Source of the DNA: Malacoraja senta
Lineage: Eukaryota
Length of the DNA stretch: 64,000 nt
Assembly: GCA_038087875.1 (NCBI GenBank)
Contig: CM075982.1
Coordinates: 72,044,001 to 72,108,000, forward strand
Reading direction: 5' to 3'
Shown here one piece after another: positions 1 through 15,231 of this stretch (positions are counted from its first letter, which is position 1; the number at the start of each line of letters is the position of its first letter). The notes under the pieces were generated by a model. That model worked only from the letters and a program-made list of their open reading frames with translations. It made no database searches and was not told the origin of the DNA. The position numbers were made by a program, and so were the translations under genes.

Positions 1-1484
1 TTGTTCATATGACATTAAAACACTCTTGACTATTATAAACATCCTCTTGTGGAAAACTCTGATTTACTACATTAGTAATAACCATGATCTCTCAGTTGCT
101 ACCTTGTGTGGAGAAAATCATCCTACAAGTTAATTCAAATCTATGCCCAAAACAGCAATATGGAGAATATTTTGCATACGTATTCTGATGGTACTATTTG
201 ATGAGACATTGTGACAATTTTCCTTTACGTATGGAAGGGAGCTGTTCAGAAGTATAATGAAAGTGAGTACAAAGAGATCATTAGATTGGCAGGGAGAGTT
301 TTTTTAAGTCAAGAACAATGAAAATAGAAACACTAGCATGAAACCTGTCTGCATTTCGTTAGAATTGGATGGCTGGAGACCACTAATAGGGGAAAGATTA
401 TCAGCACAAGATATATAATTAGAAAAACAGTCCCTTATTCAATTTTACATTTTCCCCTTGCCCTAGCACCCATCACTGCATTATAGGAACATGCCGGTAT
501 AAAGTGTCTGACTTTTACATAAGAAAAAGTATAAAGGACCCTGGTTATGAATTTGGACAGATATAGGGATAGGAATGATTTAGAGAGCTATGGGGCAAAT
601 GTGCTAAGTTAGCCCAGTATGCTAACTTAATCAGCACGGACAAGGTGAGCTTAAAGGCCTTTTTCAGTGCTTTACGGCGGACTCCAGCAGCAAGGTGCAA
701 TGTGCAATGTTAGGTTTGCTGTACATTACAAAAGGTTTCAAAAAAAAGTTTTGCTGGAGGGAAGTTGAATACAAGCCAATCAACCAAAACGTAAGAAACA
801 TAACAAATGGCAGAAGACGACAGAAAGTGCTGGAGTAACTCAGCTGGTCAGATAGCATCTCTGGAGAACATGGATAGGTGACATTTCAGGACGGGACACT
901 TCTTCAGCATCTGTAGTTCCTTGTTCCTACATATCAATTAGCAGTCTGTAAAGGTACCAACGTATAGAGTATTAAACAGGGGATGTTTGGTTTGACAGTA
1001 ATCCTGTCTCATGATTCCTGTCTCATGATTGAATTAAAAAAAGAAAGCCATAGGTAATAATTAATGAAGAACTGCTTACATCTGTGCTACAGCTTGGAAT
1101 TTCAGACTTAAGTTTGTCATCAAGGTGACAGGATGTAGCCTTAAATCATTCCTACACTTCTCACACTCTCTTGAACTGCCAAAGTCATGAAGTTGGCTGT
1201 GTTTTTACAAACCTCCCAGAACAGGCATCATGCATTGTTGTAAAAGGGAAAGGGTGGGGGAAAAAATGCAGATAGCAGTGTTGTGTTGGATCATATTCAT
1301 GAATCTACTGCTAAATAGCCAAAATTAACATTGATGATGGGTGGGGATTTGGCAATCTGTCGAGCCTGTGTCTATAGGAACAGCAAACAACGTGAAGCCA
1401 ATGGAAAGGCAATACTGGTGTTGGGGCAGGGACCGGGGGGGGGGGGGGGGGGAGTGGAGGGTAGTTGTGGATAGTTGATAAGAG

Positions 1485-2168
1485 CAAAGATCCTATAGCA
1501 AGCAAGATAGATCACTCGACGAAAAAGACGTAGTACGGTCATGGGCAGATTCATGGGTAATTTTCGGCCCCATTTCTGTAACCGGCTTCCGTCTCCGCAC
1601 CACAAATCCTATAGCGGAGCAAAGATAACTAGTGCGGAGACGGAAGCCGGTTACGGAAACATCCTCATAAAAATATAAGTTCTCCTTACTTCTTTTTTCT
1701 TTTTCTTCCTTTTTTCTTTTATTCTCTTTTTCCTATTTTCTACTCTTTAACTTTCCTCTTTCACTCTCTATTTTTCTTCTCCACACACTATATATCTCAC
1801 ATTTTTCTATACCATTATCTAATTTCTTTTTCTTTTCTTCTTTATTATAATAAAAAAAATAAGAAGCTGTACATAAAATGTATTATGAAAATATGATTGT
1901 ATACAATTGTACTTACTTCTAATAAAATAAAAATATTAAAAAATAAAAATTAAAAAAAAAATTAAGTTCTTTGGTAAAAATCTTCTAATTTTCAGAATTA
2001 TAATTTATTAACACAAACTGTTCCCCCGCAACGTTGATTACACTGCGAGTCGGGTCGGGTTACTGAAATGGATGAAAAAAAGGCCCACGTTCCGCTCCGT
2101 TGCGTACTACACGTCAGCCCATTGCATTTAGAAGGAGTGGTCTATCTTGCTTCGCTATAGGATCTTTG
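1485..2168. mobile_element. Non-autonomous hAT-type MITE
   Basis: TIRs CAAAGATCCTATAGC...GCTATAGGATCTTTG (~30 bp). 8-bp TSD GATAAGAG/AATAAGAG (7/8 match). Confidence 0.85.
1685..1962 (+). mobile_element. L1-like 3' end (T-rich UTR, AATAAA, poly-A) nested in the MITE
   Basis: Resembles the L1 3' UTRs at 18615 and 34457. Flanked by an AAAAT(A)TAAGTTCT duplication. Confidence 0.65.
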
Positions 2169-3439
2169 AATAAGAGTGCAGCACACAAGGAGTGCATGCT
2201 GGATCAGAAAGAAGAGTAAAGCAAAAACGGCGGCTCGTTCTAGGAACATGTTTTTGGAGAAAATTGAGATATGCTTTGCATTTGGGTGGATGACCAAACA
2301 TAGTTATAATGACCCCCGTAGAGCGTGGTTTCATTTATTGCTCCATTTTCTGGGAACGTATTGAAAGCACTAATCAAGGATTTCCTGCATAATTCAATTG
2401 TAGAAAAATGATATAAAATGATAATGGCACAAAGTGTTGGAAAACAAACTACATGTGAGGTTCATCTGTTTAACTGAGGCATTATACAGTAGGAGTATTT
2501 TGAGAATTTTACTTTTAAGAAGAGTTAAATCAGATTCAAGCAGTTTGATTTGCTAAAACATACAGAACATTGCTACAAACTCAGCAAGTCCGACAGCATC
2601 TGTGGAAAGAGCAAGGAACTGCTTGCCTGGACAATGGGTTCAGACAGACGGTCGCTGATCTGAAACATTAACTTTCTTTCGCTTTCCACAGATGCTGTCT
2701 GACTAGCTGAGTTTTTCCAGCATTTCTTTCCCCTGGAATTCCAGCATCTGCAGATCTTTTTTAGATTTTTACTTCTATTTATAAAACCAAATCTCTCAGC
2801 ACATTCTAAGATTTGGTCCAACCAATACTCAATATGCAGTGCTTGACGTTCAGTTTATATTCAACAATTGCCTGCTGTATTTAGACTCAATTTCTACTTT
2901 GACATCAAATTTATTTTATGTTTATGGCTTTGTTGAAACACTAAGCATAGAGCTTGTGCATAACTACAATTATATTCATATTCAAACTCCAAGCATAGGT
3001 CATATTTCTTAAACCTTGGCACTTGACATCCATGAATACCTGATCATTATTGTCTAGACTGAATTGCTGAATGCCTAATTACAAAGATTTTGAAGAAGGC
3101 TTTGTAATTGACTATATTTACCCTAGTTCAAGTGAGTTTATTGTCATGTGTCCCTGATAGGACAATGAAATCTTGCTTTGCTTCAGCACAACAGAACATA
3201 GTAGGCATTGACTACAAGGCATTCTATAAATATATACACACATGAATCAATGTTGATGCACAGAACTAGGTTGCAAACTAATTGAGAGTTTATTAGAATC
3301 TGATTGCACTTCCAGTCCTGTGACATTTCACAATGCTTGTTTCTGCATTCACTTTGTACGTATAACAGAGAATGGAAGTATGTCAGGAAGCCATGAAATA
3401 TTTACATACAATGGGTATCTCGAACAATAATCCTTCAGT

Positions 3440-3855
3440 GTATGGGTAGCTTACAACCCAACGGTATAAATATCGGTATGAATATCGAGTTCTCTAACTT
3501 TAAGTAATTCCTGCATCCACCCCCCCCCTCTCCCCCTCCCCCACCCTAGTTGTTGTACTAGTTTCACTGTCGTCCTGGTGAGTTTCATCATCTGTAACTC
3601 CTTTTGATCTAGCCCAGTTAACTATGGCCTGTTTCCTCTTTACCTTTTTGCATATCTTTCATTCATTCGTTCTATATCTTTCCATATCGTCTATAGCTCT
3701 CGTTTCCCTTTCCCCTGACTCTGTCTGAAGAAGGGTCTCGACCTGAAACATCACCTATTCCTTTTCTCCAGAGATGCTGTCTGACCTGCTGAGTTACTCC
3801 AGCATTTTGTGTTTATCTTCGGTATAAACCAGCATCTGCAGTTCCTTCCTATACA
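3440..3855 (+). mobile_element. Penelope-like element 3' fragment with hammerhead-bearing terminal repeat
   Basis: GSLQPNGINI-like endonuclease C-terminus remnant. CTGAAGAAGGGTCTCGACCTGAAACATC at 3725. Confidence 0.75.
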
Positions 3856-5902
3856 TCCTTCAGCGTATGTAGCTTTAACTGGTAGACAGACAGAGCCCAG
3901 TGCCACAAAGACAGAAGTTGAAAAAGGCTAAATATATCAGACTGGGGCATATTAAACAATTTCAATTTCTGCAAGCCTGTTTGGTGTCAGTAAAAAATGT
4001 AACCCTGTGGAACATTAGTTTGGAACAGCACTGGGCTTCTAAAGGTCCGTTTGATTTAAAAACAATGGAATCAGGCAGGTCTGTAAATGGGTTCAGGACA
4101 CTCACTGCCTGCTGGAGGAGCACTGAAGGATAAGGAATGATGTGACTGCAACCAATGCCAAAAATAGCTCTGCAGCACACAGCTGGGCACCGTGTGGATT
4201 CTCACTGTCACTCGGTCACTGAAATCTACTCAAAAAGTTGACGTGACATCCTGTACAAAAACTCCAACGAAATAAAATAGTGGACAACAAAATCTTTGAT
4301 GTGGAATGTTGGTTAAAAAAAGCTTATTTGCAACATTTGCTTGAAATAGTTTACACAGAATAATATAGAATTATGTATGAAGACAGACACAAAAAGCTGG
4401 AGTAACTCAGCGGGACAGGCAGCAACTCTGGAGAGAAGGAATGGGTGGCGTTTCGGGTCGAGACCCATCCTCAATTATGTATGTGCTGTTTATCAAACTA
4501 AGGCACAAAGTTGTGGATGGAATCCAATGCATAGGGCGAGTTCGCCCGCTGCCCCCGACGCTGGCCTCCGAGAGGACTCTGAGGGCACCGGAACAGTTGA
4601 TCTAGGCTGCTGGGGAAACTGAGATACCAGCCAGTAAAGTTGGCCTTGGATGTCGGCTATGGGTGGAGATCTGCCAACGCCAGCCGGGCCGGAGTACCAG
4701 AGCCCCGGCCGCAATTGAAAATTTAAACTGCGTATCGGAAGTCTGGCCGCTAAAGTCTCGATAAGGTGGGGATCTGCCGCCTCACCCAGACTAGGCACCA
4801 CATTTTCAGAGGGGATTTTAAGTGCGCTCTCTTAAGTTTGTCTGGATTAAAGGAGGTGGCAGAAAATCGATGGTGGACCTGCACTAATGAAAACCCTAGA
4901 CTTACACGTGCCAGAGTGGGGGAAATCAGGAGAGAAATGTTGCCTTGACAAGTATTTATTCAGTGGGTTTCATCAAGAACTCAAAGATACAAAGAATAAA
5001 CAGCACAAGTCAAACTACCCCTTTGTCACATTTTGGGGGCATGTTAAAACACCAGACTATTATTGCATCTAGCCACAGCTCCAATTCTACCACACAACAG
5101 GAATGAACGTTAAATGTATCTGGAATCAAAAACCCTGCTATGAGTAATAGTGACAAATAAAGCGTATGATTGTCATAAAAACACATTCAATTCATTCATG
5201 ACCTTCGGGGAAGATAATCTCTCACTTTCTTGTCTGGCTTCAGAATCATAGTTGATCATCCACTACAGGAACCCTAAGAAATCGATGAACTAGCCACTTG
5301 GTTCAAGGGAATTACGGATGGGTAATAAATGCCAGCTAAGACCACATCCCACGAAACAATTCAAAGAAAATCAATCCAGCATATCCATTGGATATCCAGA
5401 ATATCCCCTGATATTTACAAAGTGTCACTGTAATACCACTGAATCTTTGGGATAAGTGCCTTCGATTTATAAAGAGTGTGCCATCCGATGCCCTTGGAAA
5501 TACACTGAAATACCCGAAAAAAACAATTTCATACGGTCATCTCAATTTACAACATTTTGCAAAATAAAACATTTTTATAAATCAAGCAACACCATTTCCT
5601 TTAAGCATTACAACTCAAGAGCTGAAAACTGATTTAAAAAAAGTTGCTCATTTATCTAATCTTGTCGATGGGCTAGAGAATGATAAGATTTTCACAAATT
5701 AAAGTTAAGGGTATAATTAAATCCAATGGATTATAAACAAGAATGTATATCATTAACTAGTCCAATTAGCTTCTGCTTTCTTGAGCCCCAGCAGCCCTTG
5801 CTATAATGCTCGTTTCTGGGTGGCTAGTATTTTATTTATAGCTGGATTATAAAGTAGCTCCAGTCAACAATGGGAAACATCAACCCTTGATGCATCTCAT
5901 GC

Positions 5903-6110
5903 AAGGAGGAACTACAGATGCTGGTTTACACTAAAGATAGACACAAAAAGCTGGAGTAACTCAGCGGGACCGGCAGCATCCCTGGAAAAAAGGAACAGGT
6001 GACATTTTGTGTTGAAAGAAAGGTCTCGACCTGAAACGTCACCTATTCCCCGTCTTCAGAGATGCTGCCTGACCTGCTGAGTTATTCCATCTTTTTGTGT
6101 CTATCCTTGA
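5903..6110. mobile_element. Inverted pair of Penelope-derived terminal repeats
   Basis: Minus copy followed by plus copy, joined at the hammerhead region. Confidence 0.75.
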
Positions 6111-6523
6111 TGTATCTCAATGAGTTTGTACTTTTTAAGACAAAGGATTACATCAGGTATAGGAACAAGTGATTTGGTCTAAATACTCCTTGTTGGTGTG
6201 TACATTCTACTCCAGCTTCCTTCCACATATCCTCAACTATAGGGATAACTTTGTGCTCCTATCTCATATTTATTTGACGTACATTTGCATGCATCTAATT
6301 CTAACAACTACATTTCAATGCAAAATGAGTTTCTTAGAGCAGCTTGCTCACCCCCCTGGATAGAAGATATTGGAGTAAAGGTCATGGTGAATGCTCCTGT
6401 GACTTCTCAATAGATGCTCCCAGCGGGTAAGAGCCCAATCTGCAGCGACTGAAATAAGACCTGCCCTTCAGCCTATGTGATAACCAAGTTAAAATAGCAA
6501 GAGTAAACAAAGAGTAGCATTAC

Positions 6524-6682
6524 CTCTTTCATTTTGTCCATTTCACTCTGCAACACCTGCTTGGAAATGTCCATTTCAATTAGTTTCTGTTGAAGATCTT
6601 CATTTTCTTCTTCCAGCTTTATTCTTTTCTTCCCAATAGCTTCCAGTTCATTGTGAAGCCTTACAGACACGTCCTTTGAAAC
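6524..6682 (-). CDS. SOGA1: SOGA1/MTCL2 coding exon 3 (53 codons, VSKDVSVRLH...MDKMKE)
   Basis: CAG acceptor ending at 6683, GTAATG donor at 6523, 159 bp, phase 0/0. Continues the SOGA coiled-coil in frame with exon 2. Confidence 0.92.
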
Positions 6683-7229
6683 CTGCACACAGAAAGTACA
6701 GTACTCAGAACACGTACTGGCAGGCTGCCTTTTTATTTAATAATGCCTCATAAAGCCCCACTTGTCTACTGCAAAGCAATTAGTCATAAATTCTGTTCGA
6801 ACCCTAACTGAACTTCATTAGACCAAGTCAGGGCATGCATTTTGAATTTTGCACACACAAACTATTCCAAAGGGATTTTTTTATTCCACTGCCAGAAATT
6901 GGGAAACAATGACCAATCTATTGTTTGAAAGGTGGGAAGTTACTTTAAACACCGCATATACTACAAAGATGTGTACTGAAAAACTGATTGCATTGACGTA
7001 CCAAGGACACGTGGAATCTGTGGCGGTTTAAAATCATTCCAACTCCATCATTTGACAAAGTGGAGAGACAACATTGGCGTATAAAAAAAAAGTTGAGATT
7101 GTGCTATTCTCCTCAAATTGTGTTTCTTATTTTCTTTTGGTGCTTTTGAAATTGAATTCTGTCCTTGATTTGTGTACTGTGGTGTTTTCTTATTTAATTT
7201 ATTCCGATTTTGTGTTTTCTGTTTTGTTG

Positions 7230-7310
7230 TGATTCTATGCATTGTAAGGTGTCCTTGGGTTTTAGAAAGGCGCCAGTAAATAAAATGATTATTATTATTA
7301 TTATTATTCT
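7230..7310 (+). mobile_element. L2-type LINE/SINE 3' tail ending in (ATT)n
   Basis: TGTAAGGTGTCCTTGGG...GAAAGGCGCC...ATAAAATG(ATT)n. Confidence 0.6.
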
Positions 7311-10300
7311 GATCTTTCACATTTCTATCCCAAAGCATTGCGGACCAGCCAGCACCGAAGCCAACACTTGCACCATTCAGAGTCATTAACTAAACCCTTC
7401 TGCCACCCAAACACATGTTGACTCAGCTATATTGGAATGAACATTCTTCAGTCAAAAAAATGTATCTGCAAAGGCAGAAGGCATGGCATATTTCATCTTA
7501 ATTTTTGGTGGAGAATAAATACAGCTGTCACAGAGAAATTTAGACTTAAGAAGCGTAACGTTCCAGTTGGAATGGTTTGAGATGGGGGTGGGCAATGCAG
7601 ACAATCAGAAAAATTCAAGTACTAGTAAAACAGGAAGATAACAAATCGATCATCTAAACAGACATTAAAATGTAAAAAAAGGTAAGTGAGGTTCAAAGGG
7701 ACTTTAGTGCTAATGCTCTTTAAATTAGGAATAAATTCAAACTCAGCTGGGCTCTCTCGCAGTGAATTTTAATCTGCAAGACTACTGCTGTTGCATTCCA
7801 AATTAAATGATCAGAACTGCAGATAGCATCTAATATTTCTAATATCTAGGTGTTGGACAGCAAATTATAATTAATAGAAGATCAACCAGTTCACAACTTG
7901 AGTTAAAACAATGTTGTGAAGAGAACCACACTTATTTTGTGTTCTTTTTGCCAACACATCTAATACAAACAGACCACTCAACCAAATTAAACCTGATGAA
8001 GTTACAATCTGGAGCGACATGGTTGCCAAAGGGAAAACAGCAGGTAATGGACACAACAGAGCATTCCCAGAATCACTAGGTCAGATCAAAGCCTTGCTGT
8101 TGCGAATGGTGGACGACAATTAAACAACTGGCAGGAAACATCATGAACATCCTCGGTAATGTTGCACGGGGAAAGACAAACCCGAATTAAATGTTTGCAT
8201 CCTTCTGCAGCCAGAAATGGTAAGTAGATCTAAGTCAGCTTCCAACATCCCATCTAAGTCAGCTTCCAACATCCCACTACCACAGAAGCTAGACATCAAA
8301 CAGTCTCATTCATTCCAAGGGCTGTCAAGAAACACCAAATAACAACTCACTGTAACACAGAAGACTCCACACTTCTAGGATAGCACGGTGATGCTGGCAG
8401 AGCTGCTTTCTCATAGCTTCTTCGGCCTGGGTTAAAAGTTGACCTCTGGGGCTATCTGTGTGTAGTTTGCATGCTCTCCCTGTGATCATGTGGATCTCCT
8501 CAGGGTGCACTGGTTACATTCCACCTGCCCTGGGTTAGGGTAGGGATTAGTGTAAAAATAGGTGTTTGATAGTCAGCATGGACCGATGCACCTTTCTGTG
8601 TTGTATCTCTCTAGGATTCTATGACTAGATAACTTCTACTTCAGAACCAGCTGCAAAGTCTTTCCAAGCTCTTCCAGTCCGAGTGGCTTCACCATCGGCA
8701 GAAGTGTTACCAAAAGACCAACTGCCTTTGTGGGAAATTGGCATTTGAAGTGTTACATCAAGCAGTTCTAATACATGGGAATCAGGAGGAAAACACATCA
8801 CTAATTAGAATGAACACAAGATATAAAGGACTGGATTGGGAGGTCAATTCCAAGGCATGACTAACAGTTTTTTATGGAACCACCAGCCTTCAAAAGATAA
8901 CATCAATGATGTATTAGAAGATAAACAGGGGTGAGGTTCATTGATGCTGCAACTCCATTCTCATGGCCTCAGATTATCAATGTCTATGACCATAAAACAT
9001 TCAGGCTTGGGCAGAGAAGTGGCAGATAACATTTGTAGATTAATTGGCCATTGTAAATATTATCCCCAGTGTGTACAGAGTAGAGAGAAAGTGGGATAAC
9101 AAAGAACTAGCGTGAACGGATGATCAATGGTTGGCGTGGATTCAGTGGGCCTAAGGGCCTGTTTCTATGCTGTATCTCTAAACTAAACACGTGTGCCACA
9201 CAATGATGCCAATGTTCACTTTGGGCAAGAGAGATGAACAATCTCTCCTTAACATTCAACACCATTATCATTTCCAAAATGTCTCCAATATCCTGGAAGG
9301 CGACCCATGACCAGATGCCTATACAGACAAAAGCAAGAGTTATGAAGCTGGGTATTCCCTGCAGAGTGCCCTACCTCACTTACTTTCTAAACCCTTCCCA
9401 CAAGTTACCAGTCACGATTACTGTGGAAAACTCTCCATCTGCCTGGACGAGCACAGTTCCAACATTCAAACAAACCTCCACGCCATCTGCAACAAAGCAA
9501 GCCAACTGGTAGGCACCTCATCCATCATCCTAAACATCCACTGATAAACTGCGATCACAACATGCACGTAGAAACTACAAGGTACCCTGTAATTAAACTG
9601 CCCAATGTTCTTCACAAGAACCGTCCAAAATTACAGTCTTTAACTCCGAGGATGCGGGCAGCAAGCATAAGGAAACACACGTGAGCTCTTGTCCATATGA
9701 CACATCTAGAAATATACTGTAACTCCATTCTCATTGTGTTAAAATACTAGAAATCTCTTTATAACAGTATTAAAAGAATCATCAAAACCAAGATTAAGAT
9801 AGCAGCACAAGAAAGTAGCAATCATCTCTTCAGGCACTCCTGGACGACCAATTAGTGCTGGCCTTCCCAGTGATGCCCACAACTCAGGAAAGATTTTGCA
9901 CCAATAACTGAATTGGTCACTTTCCAACGCCAGATATTCTACACACGCACAAACACTTAAAACAGCCGTTCTCAGGTCCAAATTGTTCTGGATTTAATTG
10001 CACCACGCAACCACAAAACAGCCAACCTCAGGATTTTGGTTAAACTTTAAACGTATGCTATGGAACTGTTTCAAGTTTGAATTCAGTCTGGATATCCACA
10101 GATCGCAAATACATGTCATCAGTCTCCAAAACTGCATGACCAGGCTTTCCAAACCAATGTATATTTGTCTTCCTCCTTGCTTCACTCTGGAATTCTGTGT
10201 TTGTACTACATACAAGTCTTACCATGACACAACATAATTTATTTTGTTGAAAAATGCACAAGACTTCACAAAGACAAAGATATTCCCCAAACATCATCAT

Positions 10301-11599
10301 CCGTTCGTTAAAGAAAAGTAACACACTGAAAAGAAGGATTTTGGTCTGGTGCAAATTTAAATTATACATTCTGATAATGCAAATGCATGCATACTTGCCT
10401 CATGCTTGGAGCTGGCATGGTTCAAATTAAACCAATTAACTCATTCTTACCTCAATGGCAATCACCTAATCTAAACTCAATTATTTCCAGAAAAAGTGTC
10501 ATTAGAATGGATAGAATTTGTTCATTAGAAAGCTATTTAATTCAATTAATTAAATTTAGAATAAATTTGAATGAACTAGAAAAAATGAACCACTGCAAGT
10601 TTTTTTAATCCATCCCAATGTTAACAAAAGTGAAACTGGTATACAGCATCCTTGACAATCAATCTTCAATCATTAATTAATTATAAATCATTGACATATT
10701 TTTGCTTTATCTTTAAAATACCAAGTTAAAATGGGCACGTTTCAGTGAATACCACACAGTAAATGGCAATGAAATTAATGTGTTCCTCAATCTTCAAGCT
10801 TAAACATTTTGGGACTTCAAATTTTACTTTTATTTTCTGAAATCTAAACAAGCAAGCATACAAAGTACAAAAAGTACATATCAGTACACTTCAGATTGGA
10901 AGCAACAGTGCTGGCATATTTTTTGGTATTTATTACCAATCTAAAGTACAAGATAAATCATCCTTTCAAATTTTACAGGAATTATCGTCATAGTCGCTGT
11001 ATATGTGAAGAGAATTTGGGCAATTGCTTCAAAACCTAATAACTGCCAATCCCCTTGACGGTTTGCAGCGGTTCCAAGATTTGACCAACTATTAGTGCAA
11101 CCAAGAGATCCGAGCAGGAATACAATTCATTCTCTGGCCTTGAGTATTTAGCCGGTTTCAGGTGGCAATAGAGGTCACAACTTGTCAAATAGGAAATAAA
11201 CAACTTGGTGCCATGCCCAGTGTTCATTGTAACATTCAGGGAAAACACTCATGATAAATGCCAGGATAGGGCATGTTGAGGCAAATTCTGGTACGGGAAC
11301 ATACGAGCTTCCCCCCCCCCGGAAGGGACATTTGGTGAATGACACGATTTATAATTTGTTTGCAGTTATTGAAGGAATTAAACAGCTCACAATATGTCAC
11401 TGATTTGTACAGGACGTGGCCAAGACTCAGGGTACCTCATAGCAACACAGCTTTTAAAGTTGCCACGATTTAATGGATGCTAAAGGCGTGACTTTACAGC
11501 TTCCAAAATTGTGCAAATAATATCCAGTTTTTAGGTTGTCATAACAAGATTTTTGAAAGTACCCCTAAATACTTCATCGCAGTTAACATTCACACCTAG

Positions 11600-11740
11600 T
11601 AAACATAGAAAATAGGTGCAGGAGTAGGCCATTCGAGCCAGCACCGCCATTCAATATGATCATGGCTGATCATCCAAAATCAGTACCCCGTTCCTGCTTT
11701 CTCCCCATATCCCTTGATTCCGTTAGCCCAAAGAGCTAAA
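11600..11740 (-). mobile_element. CR1 3' end fragment
   Basis: Reverse complement of the CR1 3' UTR and tail. Confidence 0.8.
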
Positions 11741-11887
11741 CCTTCCAGCAAGTTTACTTAACACTATAACATTTCCTGACAAACACATCCAGCCATAGTT
11801 CTGGCAATAAACACTGGACAGAAAAAGCATAGAAAGATTTTTTTTTTGGACATAATGGGAGATGATAGCTAAATAAAGATAACTTTA

Positions 11888-12196
<309 letters not shown>

Positions 12197-13246
12197 CTAA
12201 GGAAACATCAGTGCATTTTGTTTTTAAAGAACTGCTAGAAAAATCTAAAACAAGGCAGGAAATGGGGCAAAATAAATTCCGCAATGATCAACATAACAGT
12301 GAGCTTGCACACAAATCCAGTATTATCATGTAATATTATTTTACATGTCATTTTAATCCTCAAAGGGTGTTACAAATTATTATGAAATAGAGAAAAAATA
12401 TTACAATTGTAATATTCAATCCATTTGTAAATGAAATAACTGAGTGTACACTTAATGTTCTTCAACATTTGAATTTGCGTAGGACGATGGAGAAATAAAC
12501 TGGTCCAGATGTTCAAAATATGAGAGTTGAAGATTTAATTAATTTTACTTGTCTTGATATTTCATTCAAGTTTCTCCACAATATCCAGTCATGTAAAATT
12601 CAGTGAGGGGATTGAATCAGAAGCTTGTGGGATTCATCGATGCATTAAGCCTCCTTCTCCTTCACTGCATGTGATCTCACTGGTATTGTTTTGTTATTTA
12701 TTCATCCAGCGAATGCGAGTGTCACAAGGAATACCAGAATTTGTCATTGATTCCGAACTACCCCTGAACTGTGGAGGACGTTAAGAGTCACCATATTGGT
12801 GGATCTGGAGTCACATATTAGGTCACACGTGGCAAGGTTTTGAAGGACAATGCTGAACCAAATAGAATTTTAATGACAAAATTCTAGTTTCATTTCTACT
12901 ATACTTGCAACTATTTATCACTCCAGATGTATTTGATTAATTGAATATAAATTGCCCAGCTGCCTGGAACTAGCATCTTTGGATCAATAGTCCAGAACTC
13001 CGGCTGCTGTGCTGAATGCTGACTAAACCACTGTACACACCACCACAATGATCCAAACAAGAACAGCCAATGTACAATGATTTGAAGATCATCCAGTATC
13101 TCTTAGAAAGGATTGATTGTACAGTACCCAAAATAAATAGTTATGCTTGGAAAACATTTACAGTGCCCTCCATGTTTGGTACAAAGACCCATCATTTATT
13201 TATTTGCCTCTGTACTCCACAATTTGAGATTAGTAATAGAAAAAAA

Positions 13247-14010
13247 TAGACAATAGACAATAGGTGCAGGAGTAGGTCATTCGGCCCTTCGAGCCAGCAC
13301 CGCCATTCAATGTGATCATGGCTGATCATCCCCAACATGTTTTCTCCCCATATCCCCTGACTCCGCTATCTTTAAGAGCCATATCTAGCTCTCTCTTGAA
13401 AGTATCCAGAGAACTGGCCTCCACCGCCCTCTGAGGCAGAGAATCCGTCAGACTCACAGCTCTCTGTGAGAAATAGTGTTTCCTCATCTCCTTTCTAAAT
13501 GGCTTACCCCTTATTCTTAAACTGTGGCCCCTGGTTCTGGACACCCCCAACATCGGGAACATGTTTCCTGCCTCTAGCGTGTCCAAACCCTTAATAATCT
13601 TATATGTTTCAATAAGATTCCCTCTCATCCTTCTAAACTCCAGAGTATACAAGCCCGCTGCTCCATTCTCTCAGCATATGACAGTCCCGCCATCCCGGGA
13701 ATTAACCTTGTAAACCTATGCTGCACTCCCTCAATAGCAAGAATGTCCTTCCTCAAATTAGGGGACCAAAACTGCACACAATACTCCAGGTGTGGTCTCA
13801 CTAGGGCCCTATACAACTGCAGAAGGACCTCTTTGCTCCTACACTCAACTCCTCTTGTTATAAAGGCCAACATGCCATTTGGTTTCTTCACAGCCTGTTG
13901 TACCTGCATGCTTACTTTCATTGACTGATGAACAAGGACCCCCAGATCCCGTTGTACTTCCCCTTTTCCCAACTTGACACCATTTAGATAGTAATCTGCC
14001 TTCCTGTTTT
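13247..14010 (-). mobile_element. 5'-truncated CR1 nested in the Tc1
   Basis: ORF2 C-terminus ([21 protein letters not shown]), 3' hairpin and (CTATTGT)n tail. Confidence 0.9.
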
Positions 14011-14212
14011 TCACATGTGGTTAAAGCGCACATTGTCAGATTTTATTAAAGGGTATTTTTATACATTTTGGTTTCACCATGTAGAAATTACAGCTGCGTT
14101 TATACATACATAGTCCCCCCATTTCAGGGCACCATAATGTTTGGGACACATGGCTTCACAGATGTTTGTAATTGCTCAGGCGTGTTTAATTGCCTCCTTA
14201 ATGCAGGTATAA

Positions 14213-15131
14213 TGTTTAAGAAGGAACTGCAGATGCTGGAAAATCGAAGGTAGACAAAAGTGCTGGAGAAACTCAGCAGGTGCAGCAGCATCTATGGAGC
14301 GAAGGAAATAGGCAACGTTTCGGGCCAAAGTCCTTCTTCAGACTGATGTAGGGTGGGGGGGGCGGGGAGAAGAAAGGAGAAAGGAAGAGGAGGAGCCCGA
14401 GGGCTGAGGGAGAGTTGAGAAGGGGAGGAGACAGCAAGGGCTACCGGAAATTGGAGGTCAATGTTTATGCCGCTAGGGTGCAAACTGCCCAAGCGGAATA
14501 TGAGGTGCTGCTCCTCCAATTTCCAGTGGTGCTCACTCTGGCCATGGAGGAGGCCCAGGACAGAAAGGTCGGATTCGGAATGGGAGGGGGTGTAGAAGTA
14601 CTGAGCCACCGGGAGATCAGGTTGGTTAATGCGGACCGAGCGGAGGTGTTCGGCGAAACGATCGCCAAGCCTATGCTTGGTCTCACCGATGTAGATCAGC
14701 TAACATCTAGAGCAGCGGATGCAATAGATGAGGTTGGAGGAGATGCAGGTGAACCTCTGTCGCACCTGGAACGATTGCTTGGGTCCTTGAATGGAGTTGA
14801 GGGGGGAGGTAAAGCGACAAGTGTAGCATCTCTTGCGGTTGCAAGGGAAAGTGCCCGGGGAGGGGGTGGTGCAGGAGGGAAGGGAAGAATTGACCAGGGA
14901 GTTACGGAGGGAGCGGTCTTTGCGGAAAGCAGACAGGGGGGGAGATGGGAAGATGTGGCGAGTGGTGGGATCACGTTGGAGGTGGCGAAAATGACGGAGG
15001 ACTATTTGTTGTATGTGATCTCTAGTGGGGTGAAAGGTGCGGACTAAGGGGACTCGGCCCTTGTTACGAGTGGGGGGAAGGGGAGAGAGAGCAGTGTTAC
15101 GGGCTATTGAAGAGACCCTGGTGAGAGCCTC
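14213..15131 (-). mobile_element. Penelope-like element 3' fragment (endonuclease end plus terminal repeat with hammerhead)
   Basis: KLEEQHLIFRLGSLHPSGINI C-terminus of a GIY-YIG-type endonuclease. 14-bp TSD TAATGCAGGTATAA (14199-14212 and 15145-15158). Confidence 0.85.
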
Positions 15132-15231
15132 AATGCAGGTACACTAATGCAGGTATAAGACAGCTTTCAGCACCTAGTCTTTCCTCCAGTCTTTCCATCA
15201 CCTTTGGAAAGTTTTATTGCTGTTTATAAAC

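Noticed and set aside
14415-15047. 210-aa plus-strand ORF
   Set aside because: Antisense shadow of the Penelope-like coding remnant.
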